The position numbers and the translations under genes were made by a program. Positions 17,307 to 26,212 of a stretch of DNA of 64,000 nucleotides are shown piece by piece (the first letter of the stretch is position 1; every line of letters begins with the position of its first letter). Below the pieces are notes generated by a model that made no database searches, was not told the origin of the DNA, and saw only the letters and a list, made by a program, of their open reading frames with translations. Source of the DNA: a virus; IMG/VR virus record IMGVR_UViG_3300010939_000064, positions 1 through 64,000 of that record. One strand, given 5' to 3'.

Positions 17307-17460
17307 AGAATTTAGAGACACATATTAAAATTGTTTGTATGTTCTGTGGATTTCATAATCATTTTATAATGCCTGTTTTAGGAGAAGATGCAATTGCACA
17401 TCATAGATGTGAACATTGTGATAAATATATAATTGAAATGCATACAGCAGATGTAGAAGA

Positions 17461-17820
17461 ATGAAGGGTATAGTTACTCTTTGTGGATCGACAAGATTTA
17501 AACGAGAGTTTGAGGAAATGAACGCGCTTTTAACTTTTGAAGGATGGATTGTTTTGAGTGTAGGTATTTTTGTGCATGATGAAAATAATAAAACTATAAA
17601 GGCTGAGATAAAGAAAAAGAAAAATATGTTAGATACTCTGCATAAAGAAAAAATAGAGATGTCTCAGTTTATTATTATTATTAATAAAGATGGATATATT
17701 GGTAAATCTACTGGAGAGGAAATTAAATACGCAGAAGAAATAGGTAAATCTGTTTATTATTGGAATAATAGATATTCATGGTTTAATGAAAAATTAATAA
17801 AAGCTTATGAAAAAGTTTAA
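17461..17820 (+). CDS. nucleoside 2-deoxyribosyltransferase-like / DUF4406-like protein
   Basis: N-terminus IVTLCGSTRFKREFEEMNALLTFEGWIVLS resembles the CGS.RF...f......L...G..V signature of this Rossmann-like family. Confidence 0.35.
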   Translation: MKGIVTLCGSTRFKREFEEMNALLTFEGWIVLSVGIFVHDENNKTIKAEIKKKKNMLDTLHKEKIEMSQFIIIINKDGYIGKSTGEEIKYAEEIGKSVYYWNNRYSWFNEKLIKAYEKV

Positions 17821-17865
17821 GCGCGGAGAACGTAAAGCAGATAATTCTTTATATAGGAGATAAAA

Positions 17866-18096
17866 ATGACTCGCGCAAATATCTGTACATGTGGTCACAT
17901 TAAATCAGATCATGGAGGAAAGAAGATAGAATCTAAATATTATCCAAGTGGAGGTGCGTGTATAGGTTCTAATTGTAGTTGTCAATTATTTATATTTGAT
18001 CATCTTGAACCTCTCGGTCAAGTGAGTAGACATATGCTAAAGATGAATGAGCTTGATGCACATGGCATACCGTTTAAATTAAGAAAAGATGACTAA
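17866..18096 (+). CDS. Cys/His mini-protein, tandem paralog A
   Basis: ICTCGHIKSDHGG....GSNCSCQLF. Confidence 0.5.
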   Translation: MTRANICTCGHIKSDHGGKKIESKYYPSGGACIGSNCSCQLFIFDHLEPLGQVSRHMLKMNELDAHGIPFKLRKDD

Positions 18097-18364
18097 AGTT
18101 CATATCTGTAAATGTGGTCATATGAAATCCGATCATTTGGGTAATCACAATAATGCATCATGTGATTATTTAGATTGTGATTGTGAAGAATATGATTTTT
18201 ATTGTATTAATATGAAAACAGTACCACATAAAGTTTTGCCTGAAGCGATACTTTCAAGTAATTATGAAAAGTTAAATTTAGAACCATATAGAAGGAAGTA
18301 CAAGGGAAAAGAATTATCAATGTCTAATCTAGATATAAATGGGAAGCCGATTAAATATTTATAA
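18089..18364 (+). CDS. Cys/His mini-protein, tandem paralog B
   Basis: ICKCGHMKSDHLG....YLDCDCEEY. It overlaps paralog A by 8 nt. Confidence 0.5.
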   Translation: MTKVHICKCGHMKSDHLGNHNNASCDYLDCDCEEYDFYCINMKTVPHKVLPEAILSSNYEKLNLEPYRRKYKGKELSMSNLDINGKPIKYL

Positions 18365-18366
18365 TT

Positions 18367-18903
18367 ATGGGAGATACATTAGAACCATCGTTAGATAAAG
18401 GATTATATATTATGACGTGGCAAAATCCAGCTGATGATAATGATAAGCATTATGAATTAATAAATGGGTTTGGAGATTATGAGTATGTGTTATTAGGGAC
18501 ATTAAAACTTCGATGGATTACTGAGACAATAGCACAGAATAGAATTTTAAGAATCCGTGAGCAATATAGTTATTTCAATGGAACAATGCTTGATGGCGAA
18601 CATATACTTACGCGTACATTAGACGGAAAGATCATCAGAACTTTTCGCTCTAAGAATAAGACTATTTGTCTTAAGTGTAAAGTTAATGTTCTGGTATTTA
18701 ATGATATATGTCCTAAGTGTAGTAACGCAAAACTCCAAATAAAGATAAACTGTTGTTCAAAACTATGTGTTGCAGCAAGACACAATAAATGTAAAGGGAC
18801 AGGATTACTTATATTAACGGGAGAACCATGTATCTGTGACTGTCACGAGGAAAAGAAAGTAGAGGATACTTTTATTACTGAGTTTATGCGATGGTTCGAA
18901 TAA
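18367..18903 (+). CDS. hypothetical protein with C-terminal Cys clusters
   Basis: 178-aa ORF, last gene of the plus-strand block. Contains CLKCKV..CPKCSN..CCSKLC..CICDCH. Confidence 0.5.
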   Translation: MGDTLEPSLDKGLYIMTWQNPADDNDKHYELINGFGDYEYVLLGTLKLRWITETIAQNRILRIREQYSYFNGTMLDGEHILTRTLDGKIIRTFRSKNKTICLKCKVNVLVFNDICPKCSNAKLQIKINCCSKLCVAARHNKCKGTGLLILTGEPCICDCHEEKKVEDTFITEFMRWFE

Positions 18904-19013
18904 AATTAATTAAAGAGAGAATATGTATATATCAGGGTAAGTGATAAATTCTTGATCGTAGACATTTTCAATTACAGAGCCACAGTTTCATTTTAATATT
19001 TAGATCATTAGCA

Positions 19014-19049
19014 AACAGAAAAAAAGAAAGAGAGGTAAAAAAGTACCTC
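19014..19049 (-). terminator. terminator of the late (minus-strand) operon in the convergent gap
   Basis: Hairpin GAGGTA-N6-TACCTC (19032-19049). On the minus strand it is followed by TCTCTTTCTTTTTTTCTG. Confidence 0.5.
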
Positions 19050-19056
19050 ACTTCAT

Positions 19057-19302
19057 TTATACTAGATCACAATAATTCTGTGCCTCTTTTCCAAGATAGA
19101 CACCAGCATTACAATTCTCTCTGAACTTGTCTATATCAATCCCTAGTTCATTTCTAATATAATTATTGATGATATTATCACCAATTTGACCTATATTAGT
19201 TTGACTGAAATCGAATGTCCAGTTAGAAGCTCCACCGCCAATTAACGCAGTGACTATTCCAAGAATTGCTAAAATAATAGCAATCTTGCCTTTACTATCC
19301 AT
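19057..19302 (-). CDS. small membrane protein (one N-terminal TM helix)
   Basis: KIAIILAILGIVTALIGGGA. Last gene of the late operon. Confidence 0.5.
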   Translation of the reverse strand: MDSKGKIAIILAILGIVTALIGGGASNWTFDFSQTNIGQIGDNIINNYIRNELGIDIDKFRENCNAGVYLGKEAQNYCDLV

Positions 19303-19578
19303 CTATTTTGGTTTTGTTGCTGCTGCTACTATAGCTGCGGTAGCCTTAGTAGTTAATTGTTGCGAAACTAATACTGTTGCAACTGCTGCTATACCTATAA
19401 TAACTACCATTAACTGATCAAGATTAATTCCACCAGTAATAGTTATCGTTTGACCACTTTGAATAGCAATAATAAATGATACTACTACCATTATTGTAAT
19501 CAAAGTAAGGTTAATCATCAATAAGATGAAAGCCCATTCTTTTAGGTTCATACCAGCAAGATCAAAGGTTGTCGACAT
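19303..19578 (-). CDS. small membrane protein (2-3 TM helices, holin-like topology)
   Basis: WAFILLMINLTLITIMVVVSFIIAI and LMVVIIGIAAVATVLV. Confidence 0.5.
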   Translation of the reverse strand: MSTTFDLAGMNLKEWAFILLMINLTLITIMVVVSFIIAIQSGQTITITGGINLDQLMVVIIGIAAVATVLVSQQLTTKATAAIVAAATKPK

Positions 19579-19637
19579 ATCTTCTACCTCCTGTATATAT
19601 TAAATTTTCTGCTTATTATAGTAAAAAGAATCCTTAA

Positions 19638-20414
19638 CTAGAAAGCTCTTATATCCCCACGTAGTGTACCTGGACTACCGTCAACTGTCTCTTTTGCTCT
19701 AATTTTAACAGCAGTAATATTCGGTGTATCTCTTTTTAACTCATATGGAGCACTTGTACCATCTACTCCACTTGCTAAAGTAGCACCACTGACTGCAAGT
19801 CTAACTCCAGTACTAGAAACAAGAGTAATCGTATTTCCAGCTGCTCCAAATAGTTTTGCACTAATCGTAACAACGGCTGCTGCACTGACTGCATCTTGAT
19901 CAAGACTTTCAGTTCCAACTCTAGTATCATTAGTTATTGAATCTGCCAAATCAGTTGCAGTCTCATTATTTCCTGTATCTATTGAAAATTCAGTATTATC
20001 AGCTTTGACACCTGCAACTGCCGTATATACAAGACCATTAACAGTAACTGTATCTGCTGCAACTACAGCTGCACAAGTTACGGTTCCATTTGATTTAACA
20101 GCTGCCACAAGTGCTGTCTCTGCTACTAATTCTTCAGTAAAGTCTCCATCATTCAGTCCAGTATCAATCTTGTTTATTACAAAGTCTTTAGTAGATCCTA
20201 ATATTTTATAGTCTATCGAATTTGCACCAATATTCTGTAATACAGCTGAAAACCCATCATGACTTCTTATATCATAGTCTCTATCTATAAATGTACCTTT
20301 GTCATAAGCGACATCATCTACCACTACACCAGCTAGTGCAAAACCAGTTTTATCTTTCCAGATAAATCTATTTCTATTATTATCGTTATCTCCAGTTAGA
20401 TCTTGTTCAACCAA
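19638..20414 (-). CDS. tail-associated protein carrying a module shared with 26808..28751
   Basis: Residues ~108-216 (TVTCAAVVAADTVTVNGLVYTAVAGVKADNTEFSIDT..ATDLADSITNDTR..) are paralogous to residues ~423-530 of the 647-aa protein. Confidence 0.45.
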   Translation of the reverse strand: MVEQDLTGDNDNNRNRFIWKDKTGFALAGVVVDDVAYDKGTFIDRDYDIRSHDGFSAVLQNIGANSIDYKILGSTKDFVINKIDTGLNDGDFTEELVAETALVAAVKSNGTVTCAAVVAADTVTVNGLVYTAVAGVKADNTEFSIDTGNNETATDLADSITNDTRVGTESLDQDAVSAAAVVTISAKLFGAAGNTITLVSSTGVRLAVSGATLASGVDGTSAPYELKRDTPNITAVKIRAKETVDGSPGTLRGDIRAF

Positions 20415-20444
20415 TTTATCTCCTTAAAAAAAGAAACCTAAGAT

Positions 20445-20984
20445 CTATGCGATCTTAGTTAGTACCAGTTGAGAATCTACTTCATAAGAAGTATCTTCTA
20501 CTGTCGCTACATTTTGTGCGCCTTGAACTTTAACTGTTCCTACTGTTCCACCAGTTCTTAATATACCACGTGCTGTAACTAATCCAGTACCTGCAATTGT
20601 TGCTACATTTTGTTCAGTAGCTTCAGTTAATTCTGCACCTGCAACATCTGCTGGATTACCTAATGCCCATTTCAATGTTGCTCCTGCTGGAATAACAAAT
20701 TTAATTTCAGCTCCAGGTACAACACCTACACTAGTTATTCTTAACAATAATTCAACATTATAAGTTGAATTAATTGCAAGATTACCAGTTACCAAACCAG
20801 TTAAGTCAGCAAGTGCTGCATCATTATTAAATGTCTTTATTGTAGTAATCCTAGCAACAGTTTCTTCCGCGCCTACTGATATTATATTTATCAGATTTGT
20901 AAGATATTCTTCACTAAATTCGCCTGCTGGTTCTAGTTTTCGAATATGTCTTCTCAGATCTGTTAATTGTTGTGCAGTTGCCAT
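20445..20984 (-). CDS. hypothetical virion/tail-associated protein
   Basis: 179-aa ORF in the distal part of the late operon. Ala/Gly/Thr-rich and beta-prone. Confidence 0.4.
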   Translation of the reverse strand: MATAQQLTDLRRHIRKLEPAGEFSEEYLTNLINIISVGAEETVARITTIKTFNNDAALADLTGLVTGNLAINSTYNVELLLRITSVGVVPGAEIKFVIPAGATLKWALGNPADVAGAELTEATEQNVATIAGTGLVTARGILRTGGTVGTVKVQGAQNVATVEDTSYEVDSQLVLTKIA

Positions 20985-21040
20985 ATTTCTATCCTCCTAT
21001 ATGTATACATTATTTCTCTATTTATCTCACTATTCATTTT

Positions 21041-21376
21041 TTAAGTAAAATCAGATGACTCTTCAACGTCAACTTTAAATGTTTCGCTTCTAAGTTTTGT
21101 ACCACCAGGATCTTCAACAACTTCTCCAATATAATCATCTATTGTATCAGTATCAGCAGATAACACAGTATAATCAAATTCACCTTGTACAATATCTGTA
21201 GGTACTAATGCACCACTACCTTTAACTACAGTTGCACCTCTTTTCCAAAATGCAAAAGTATAAGTTTTACCTGTACCGTCTCTTCTAGTTATACCATCAG
21301 ATTCAAATAATATAAAATGTTGAAGACCTTCCTCACCTTTTTTCCAAATAATATCTTCTATTAAAAATTCACCCAC
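21041..21376 (-). CDS. BppU_N-like small tail/baseplate protein
   Basis: G.GKTYTFAFWKRGATVVKGSGALVPTDIVQGEFDYTVLSADTDTIDDYIGEV resembles the N-terminal Ig-like domain of baseplate upper proteins. GTG start with AAGGGGGT 9 nt upstream. Confidence 0.35.
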   Translation of the reverse strand: MGEFLIEDIIWKKGEEGLQHFILFESDGITRRDGTGKTYTFAFWKRGATVVKGSGALVPTDIVQGEFDYTVLSADTDTIDDYIGEVVEDPGGTKLRSETFKVDVEESSDFT

Positions 21377-21515
21377 TAATTAAACCCCCTTATTTTTATA
21401 GTTATTCTTCTTAATCTATTACTAATAAATTTTCTAATAAAATTTATTTTATTAGTTTTTCTAAGTAATTTAACTTTAATAGTTCTCAAATTAATTAACA
21501 CTACCAATATATTAT

Positions 21516-23306
21516 TTAACTATTTAACTCAATATCATGTATTTTAACTAATGTAGCTTCTAAGATATCCAATGAGTCACTAATTCTTGGAATAAATTTT
21601 CCTGTTTTACTAAACTGTAATTTAATCAAACTCTTAGAATTAGAAGAAACAACCTGAATAAGCCTATAAAACCCTTTTACAGTCTGAGTTTCACTATTAC
21701 TAACAATTTTAATAATATCTCCAGACCGCATATCATATTTATGAATAGTTTCATCTTTAATATCTATCTTAACATCAGGAATAATAGAATCAAAATCTTC
21801 TAGAATTCTAGATGCAACCCCATCAACACTTGCCTGTGTTGCTAAATTATTATCACTAACAACACGTTCATAATTATATAATAAATCTGTTTGCGTAGCA
21901 CTAACATTAGTATGTAAATTCGTTCCACCTGATTCAGCACCAACTACATTAATTATATTTCCATACGTATCTAAATCAATATTCGTATTTAATTTCTCAT
22001 ATATCTTATCATCACGATCTAATGTAATCGTTTTTCCTTTAGTACCAATATAAACTTTATTATTTTCAAACCATAAATCATTTAAACTATTAACTACAAC
22101 CTTTCTTAAAACTTCATAATAAGTTTTCCATTTAATACCAAAATTAAAAACACTGGTAGAAGGAATCTCATCAGTTCTAAAGTTATCAATATATGATTGA
22201 GTAGCCCTAAATTTAGTTCTAATCTGTGCTGCTGTAAGTATAGCACCGTATAATCTTACATCATCTATAGGTCCATCAAACGTTGCTGTTTGTCCAGTAT
22301 TATTACCTATAATTAAACTAGCTCCAACATCAGAAACTCTAGTTCCTACTGGTGTAGACGTTCTTGTTAATAATCCATTTGCTACAGTTCTAGCTATTTC
22401 ATTAACATAAATAATAGGATCATTACCTACTGCAGAATTATTATAAATAACATCTATAACAGTGTTCTTATTAATCGGTATATCTATATCTGTTTGCCAT
22501 ATACCATCTGTTGTATCAAAATCAGCAACTAATTCTATTCTAAATAATCCAGCAACTTCATCTCTTATTCTTACTATCCAATTAACTTTTTCAATTATTA
22601 CACCTAAACTTCCTTCACCATCAGATGCAGCATTAATTATAGCAGAAACACTTCCACCACCATCAAAAACATTATCTAAACTAGCACTTGATCCACAATC
22701 AACTTTCGTAGAAAGATTATCAAAGTTTAATGCTTTCTTATATTTACCTGTTACATATACCTCAGGTCCACTAACAGTTCCATTATTATTTCCCTTAGAA
22801 TCTAAAACATCATCGTCAAATCTCCATAAAGAAATTAAATTAGGAATATTTACTTTCCCTTCACCTAATTCCCAAGTAAAAGGCATATCTGTATTAGCAG
22901 AATCTAAAATAAGTTGCAAGAAATCAGGAAATGATTGATTTGCATTTAACGTAAGAATATATTCTTTAAGTGAATCAGCAATCTTATAAATCCTTCTAGT
23001 AAAATGCCATGCTCTTTCATGCATAGTGATCTGTAAAATTGAATCATTAATATCTGTTAACCTTGTAATAAGACCTCTAAAATTAAACGCTGGAACAAAA
23101 ACTTCTCGTTCGAAAAATATCTTACTCCTATCAACATCTGATTTGAAAACTGTAACTGTTAATTCATTTATTTGATTTAATGAATCCTTAAACTTCCATG
23201 TAACTAATGCAGTTAATACAAACGGACCTTTTAAATTCTCCCTTTCAGCACTTAACCCAATTGCTTGTGTGTTATATAGAAAACTAACTGCTTGACTTAT
23301 CGGCAT
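21516..23306 (-). CDS. tail fibre / receptor-binding protein with LamG (concanavalin-A-like) domain
   Basis: The central stretch LWRFDDDVLDSKGNNNGTVSG..YVTGKYKKALNFD..STKVDCG........FDGPIDDVRLYGAILTAAQI is a typical Laminin_G_3 pattern. Confidence 0.6.
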   Translation of the reverse strand: MPISQAVSFLYNTQAIGLSAERENLKGPFVLTALVTWKFKDSLNQINELTVTVFKSDVDRSKIFFEREVFVPAFNFRGLITRLTDINDSILQITMHERAWHFTRRIYKIADSLKEYILTLNANQSFPDFLQLILDSANTDMPFTWELGEGKVNIPNLISLWRFDDDVLDSKGNNNGTVSGPEVYVTGKYKKALNFDNLSTKVDCGSSASLDNVFDGGGSVSAIINAASDGEGSLGVIIEKVNWIVRIRDEVAGLFRIELVADFDTTDGIWQTDIDIPINKNTVIDVIYNNSAVGNDPIIYVNEIARTVANGLLTRTSTPVGTRVSDVGASLIIGNNTGQTATFDGPIDDVRLYGAILTAAQIRTKFRATQSYIDNFRTDEIPSTSVFNFGIKWKTYYEVLRKVVVNSLNDLWFENNKVYIGTKGKTITLDRDDKIYEKLNTNIDLDTYGNIINVVGAESGGTNLHTNVSATQTDLLYNYERVVSDNNLATQASVDGVASRILEDFDSIIPDVKIDIKDETIHKYDMRSGDIIKIVSNSETQTVKGFYRLIQVVSSNSKSLIKLQFSKTGKFIPRISDSLDILEATLVKIHDIELNS

Positions 23307-23311
23307 ATCTC

Positions 23312-23323
23312 AAAAAAAAAAAA
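23312..23323 (-). terminator. T12 tract between the Zn-ribbon gene and the LamG fibre gene (attenuator/terminator candidate)
   Basis: A12 on the plus strand equals T12 on the coding strand. It starts right after the stop at 23324 and ends 5 nt before the ATG at 23306. Confidence 0.3.
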
Positions 23324-23521
23324 TTAAACGTCCGCACCGCAAGTAGGACATTTAATCTTATCATCTATAACTTCTACGTTATTAACAGGCTTTCCACAAC
23401 GTCTACATGTACCATTAAATATAGTTTTACCTGGGCCTGCAGTTGCTATAGTTGCTTTAGATTTTACAGTTGCCGAATCATCAAAAGATACTTTTTCTTC
23501 TGATTTTTCTATATCTTCCAT
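23324..23521 (-). CDS. Zn-ribbon protein
   Basis: ..GTCRRCGKPVNNVEVIDDKIKCPTCGADV. Confidence 0.5.
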   Translation of the reverse strand: MEDIEKSEEKVSFDDSATVKSKATIATAGPGKTIFNGTCRRCGKPVNNVEVIDDKIKCPTCGADV

Positions 23522-23639
23522 TTAAATCACCTCATCTTTATATTAACTGTAGTACTACTTTCTTCAAATTTATCAAATGCAAAACTAGTACCTTCCCTAA
23601 TACTATTATATTTAAAACTAAATGGTTCGCTAAGCGGCA

Positions 23640-24068
23640 TTATACTATAGTTAAGTCATATTTAACTGGAACAGCCATTGCGGCAACAACAGTTATTCCT
23701 GTAGAATCAGTTGCCCTTGCAAATAAAAATTCTGTTCCACTAGGTCCAAACCAAATACCTACTTCTTTAAGAACTGTACCACCAGTAATATCATCAGCAG
23801 GAATAGTAATATTTAATTCTAAATCAAACGGAAAAACTGAGTTTACACTATGTGATCCAATAGTAAATTTTGTTGCTGCTGGAATTTCTGCAACCAATGC
23901 ACTCAACGTTGTATCATCTGGAGTAGCATCACTAGTACCAACAGACATTGCAATTAATAATGTATTTGCTTCTGTATTATCAGCAAGCACACGCATCATC
24001 TTTTTTATACCTTGATCCATAATATGGTTGTTCCATACTTTTCCATTTATAATAAATTTGCCTTTCAT
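23640..24068 (-). CDS. hypothetical tail-fibre-associated protein
   Basis: 142-aa ORF in the baseplate/fibre cluster. Confidence 0.4.
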   Translation of the reverse strand: MKGKFIINGKVWNNHIMDQGIKKMMRVLADNTEANTLLIAMSVGTSDATPDDTTLSALVAEIPAATKFTIGSHSVNSVFPFDLELNITIPADDITGGTVLKEVGIWFGPSGTEFLFARATDSTGITVVAAMAVPVKYDLTIV

Positions 24069-24073
24069 ACTTT

Positions 24074-24205
24074 TTAACTTCTATCCTTAAACATACTACC
24101 ACATTTTCCGCATGACAAAGGATGTTCAGTATCAATAATTATATACTCATCTATAAACATTTTCCATCCACAAAGATTACATTCCCAATTCCATTTTTCA
24201 CTCAT
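24074..24205 (-). CDS. Zn-ribbon mini-protein (43 aa)
   Basis: Hand translation: MSEKWNWECNLCGWKMFIDEYIIIDTEHPLSCGKCGSMFKDRS. Confidence 0.4.
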   Translation of the reverse strand: MSEKWNWECNLCGWKMFIDEYIIIDTEHPLSCGKCGSMFKDRS

Positions 24206-24228
24206 ATCAATTTACAACCATAGTTAAG

Positions 24229-24456
24229 TTAAGATTTATTGATTTTGAATTCAGTCTGATAACCTAATTTATCACATTGAGGACAGAGTAGTCTTACCAT
24301 CTTGCCTTTTTTTGTATCTACTTCATTGACTTTGGCATAAAATTTCTTCTTGTTTCCTCTTTCTTTATCATATTCTTTCACGTTCCTATTGATTGATCCA
24401 GGACAAGTGTAGATACATCCACATTCACAAGATATTGATTTTAGATTAATGTGCAT
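24229..24456 (-). CDS. Zn-ribbon protein
   Basis: SCECGCIYTCPG....LLCPQCDKLGY. Confidence 0.45.
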   Translation of the reverse strand: MHINLKSISCECGCIYTCPGSINRNVKEYDKERGNKKKFYAKVNEVDTKKGKMVRLLCPQCDKLGYQTEFKINKS

Positions 24457-25445
24457 TAGAAATATACCACCGATATTCCATCTTCAGCGGGCGTAGCACC
24501 GCCTCCTTTTGATACATCTAGTATAGCGTTACTTGAAGAAATTATTCTCATAAAAATAAAGCCGCCTCCGCCGCCTCCGCCTTGAGCTGGACTTGACCCT
24601 GATCCCAATCCACCAGTTCCACCAGTGGCAGCTATTGTACAAGCATCTTCTATTAAACCAGCTTCGATTAAAAGTAAACCGCCAGAGCCTCCTCCTCCTC
24701 CGCCACCGCGAACATTAGTATTGATTCCGCCCTCACCGCCGCCAGAACCTTTGCTTGTAGGTAAATTATAAAAATCAAATGGTATATCTTTTAAACTTGT
24801 TAAAGCCACACCGCCAGGGCCACCATTTACACCAACACCTGTGGCACCTTTTCCAAAATATCCGCCGCCACCACCACCATGACCAATTCCAGAGCCTCCA
24901 CCGCCACCGCCTGTATGTGTATCTGTTCTTAAACTTCCATCTGTTCCAGAAGCTCCATTAGCATCTCCAGTTTGTCCACTAGAGGCAAAACCATCAATTC
25001 CATTAACATTAATTGAACCTGTTCCTTTGATGGTTGCTACTTGTAATTGGAAAGAACCGCCACCAGGCCCACCGTCGCCTGCATCTGAAACAGCGTCAAC
25101 GCCTCCCGCGGCGCCATCATCACAAATAAGATTTCCATCAAGTTGTAGTGTATTTTGAACCCTGATGATGCCAGCGGAGTTCATGTCTAATGTGATGCCT
25201 GCGTTTATTGTGAGATTGTCATAATTCTTGTCATTTGCGGCACCCAGATCTGTATTACTTGATATTACAACATCCCCATCTGTGGCATCTCCAAACAAAG
25301 GGCTCTCATCTTTTACAGACATATTACCATATACAGGAATATCATATGTACCTGTATTCTTAAAAAGTATAAGTGTATCTGTTCTAAATAATAAATCTGT
25401 AACAGAGAACTTACTTGGGAAAAATGCTAATTCAACAATTGTCAT
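24456..25445 (-). CDS. glycine-rich tail fibre-like protein
   Basis: Four poly-Gly blocks: GGPGGG, GGGGGGSGIGHGGGGGGYFGKG, RGGGGGGGSGG and QGGGGGGGFIF. The N-terminal region is beta-helix-like. Confidence 0.5.
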   Translation of the reverse strand: MTIVELAFFPSKFSVTDLLFRTDTLILFKNTGTYDIPVYGNMSVKDESPLFGDATDGDVVISSNTDLGAANDKNYDNLTINAGITLDMNSAGIIRVQNTLQLDGNLICDDGAAGGVDAVSDAGDGGPGGGSFQLQVATIKGTGSINVNGIDGFASSGQTGDANGASGTDGSLRTDTHTGGGGGGSGIGHGGGGGGYFGKGATGVGVNGGPGGVALTSLKDIPFDFYNLPTSKGSGGGEGGINTNVRGGGGGGGSGGLLLIEAGLIEDACTIAATGGTGGLGSGSSPAQGGGGGGGFIFMRIISSSNAILDVSKGGGATPAEDGISVVYF

Positions 25446-25991
25446 TTAAATACACCTAATCTCTACATGCTCTATATTTACCTGTGTTCCTAAAACCTGA
25501 ATATTAAGTTTAACATCAATAGCAAAAGAAGTAGTATCTACTTCAAATCTATGAAATATTGTTACCGGTGATGAATTTGAACTAAAAGATTCTGTAACTG
25601 TGACTGGAGTTGTACCATCAGTAACTCTAGCTTTAACACTTCCAGCTTGACTTACTTCAGCTAAAAATTCTAATGTTACAAATACACGTGTATTACAAAA
25701 TCCCTTATGATTCAAAGTTTCTTCATCAATTATTGTTTGTTCAACAGAGCCAATACCAATTTGAGCATCTTGTCTAAAGAAAAAATTCGATAATTCTGAA
25801 ATATTAAATGTTGAACCATTCCCATTTTGATAGACCTGAAATGCTTTATTATCAGTATTATAATTAGCCATTCCAGCTAATCGACTAACATCGATAATAG
25901 CTATTTGTTCAGCAACACTATATTTAGGAATACCTAATTGATTCATTTTAACTTTCGCTAATAATTCTTTAATAGCCCAACTAGTAGCCAT
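25446..25991 (-). CDS. hypothetical baseplate/tail protein
   Basis: 181-aa ORF, contiguous with its neighbours. Confidence 0.4.
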   Translation of the reverse strand: MATSWAIKELLAKVKMNQLGIPKYSVAEQIAIIDVSRLAGMANYNTDNKAFQVYQNGNGSTFNISELSNFFFRQDAQIGIGSVEQTIIDEETLNHKGFCNTRVFVTLEFLAEVSQAGSVKARVTDGTTPVTVTESFSSNSSPVTIFHRFEVDTTSFAIDVKLNIQVLGTQVNIEHVEIRCI

Positions 25992-26212
25992 TATAAATCA
26001 ACCTCAAATTTTTTACCAATAAACACATTTTGCTCTTCCTCCTTAATTACTTTATCTGAAATATGTTTTTCTACTTCAACATCACTTAGATTTTTAGCAA
26101 CAAGATATTGTCTACGCTTAGTAATTCCTTTAATTTCAATATCTACTTCAATGACCATACTATTTTCAACATTCCTTTGTTGTAATATCTTAACTTTTGC
26201 TTTTCCAGTCAA
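25991..26212 (-). CDS. hypothetical protein
   Basis: 73-aa ORF with start/stop overlaps on both sides. Confidence 0.4.
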   Translation of the reverse strand: MTGKAKVKILQQRNVENSMVIEVDIEIKGITKRRQYLVAKNLSDVEVEKHISDKVIKEEEQNVFIGKKFEVDL

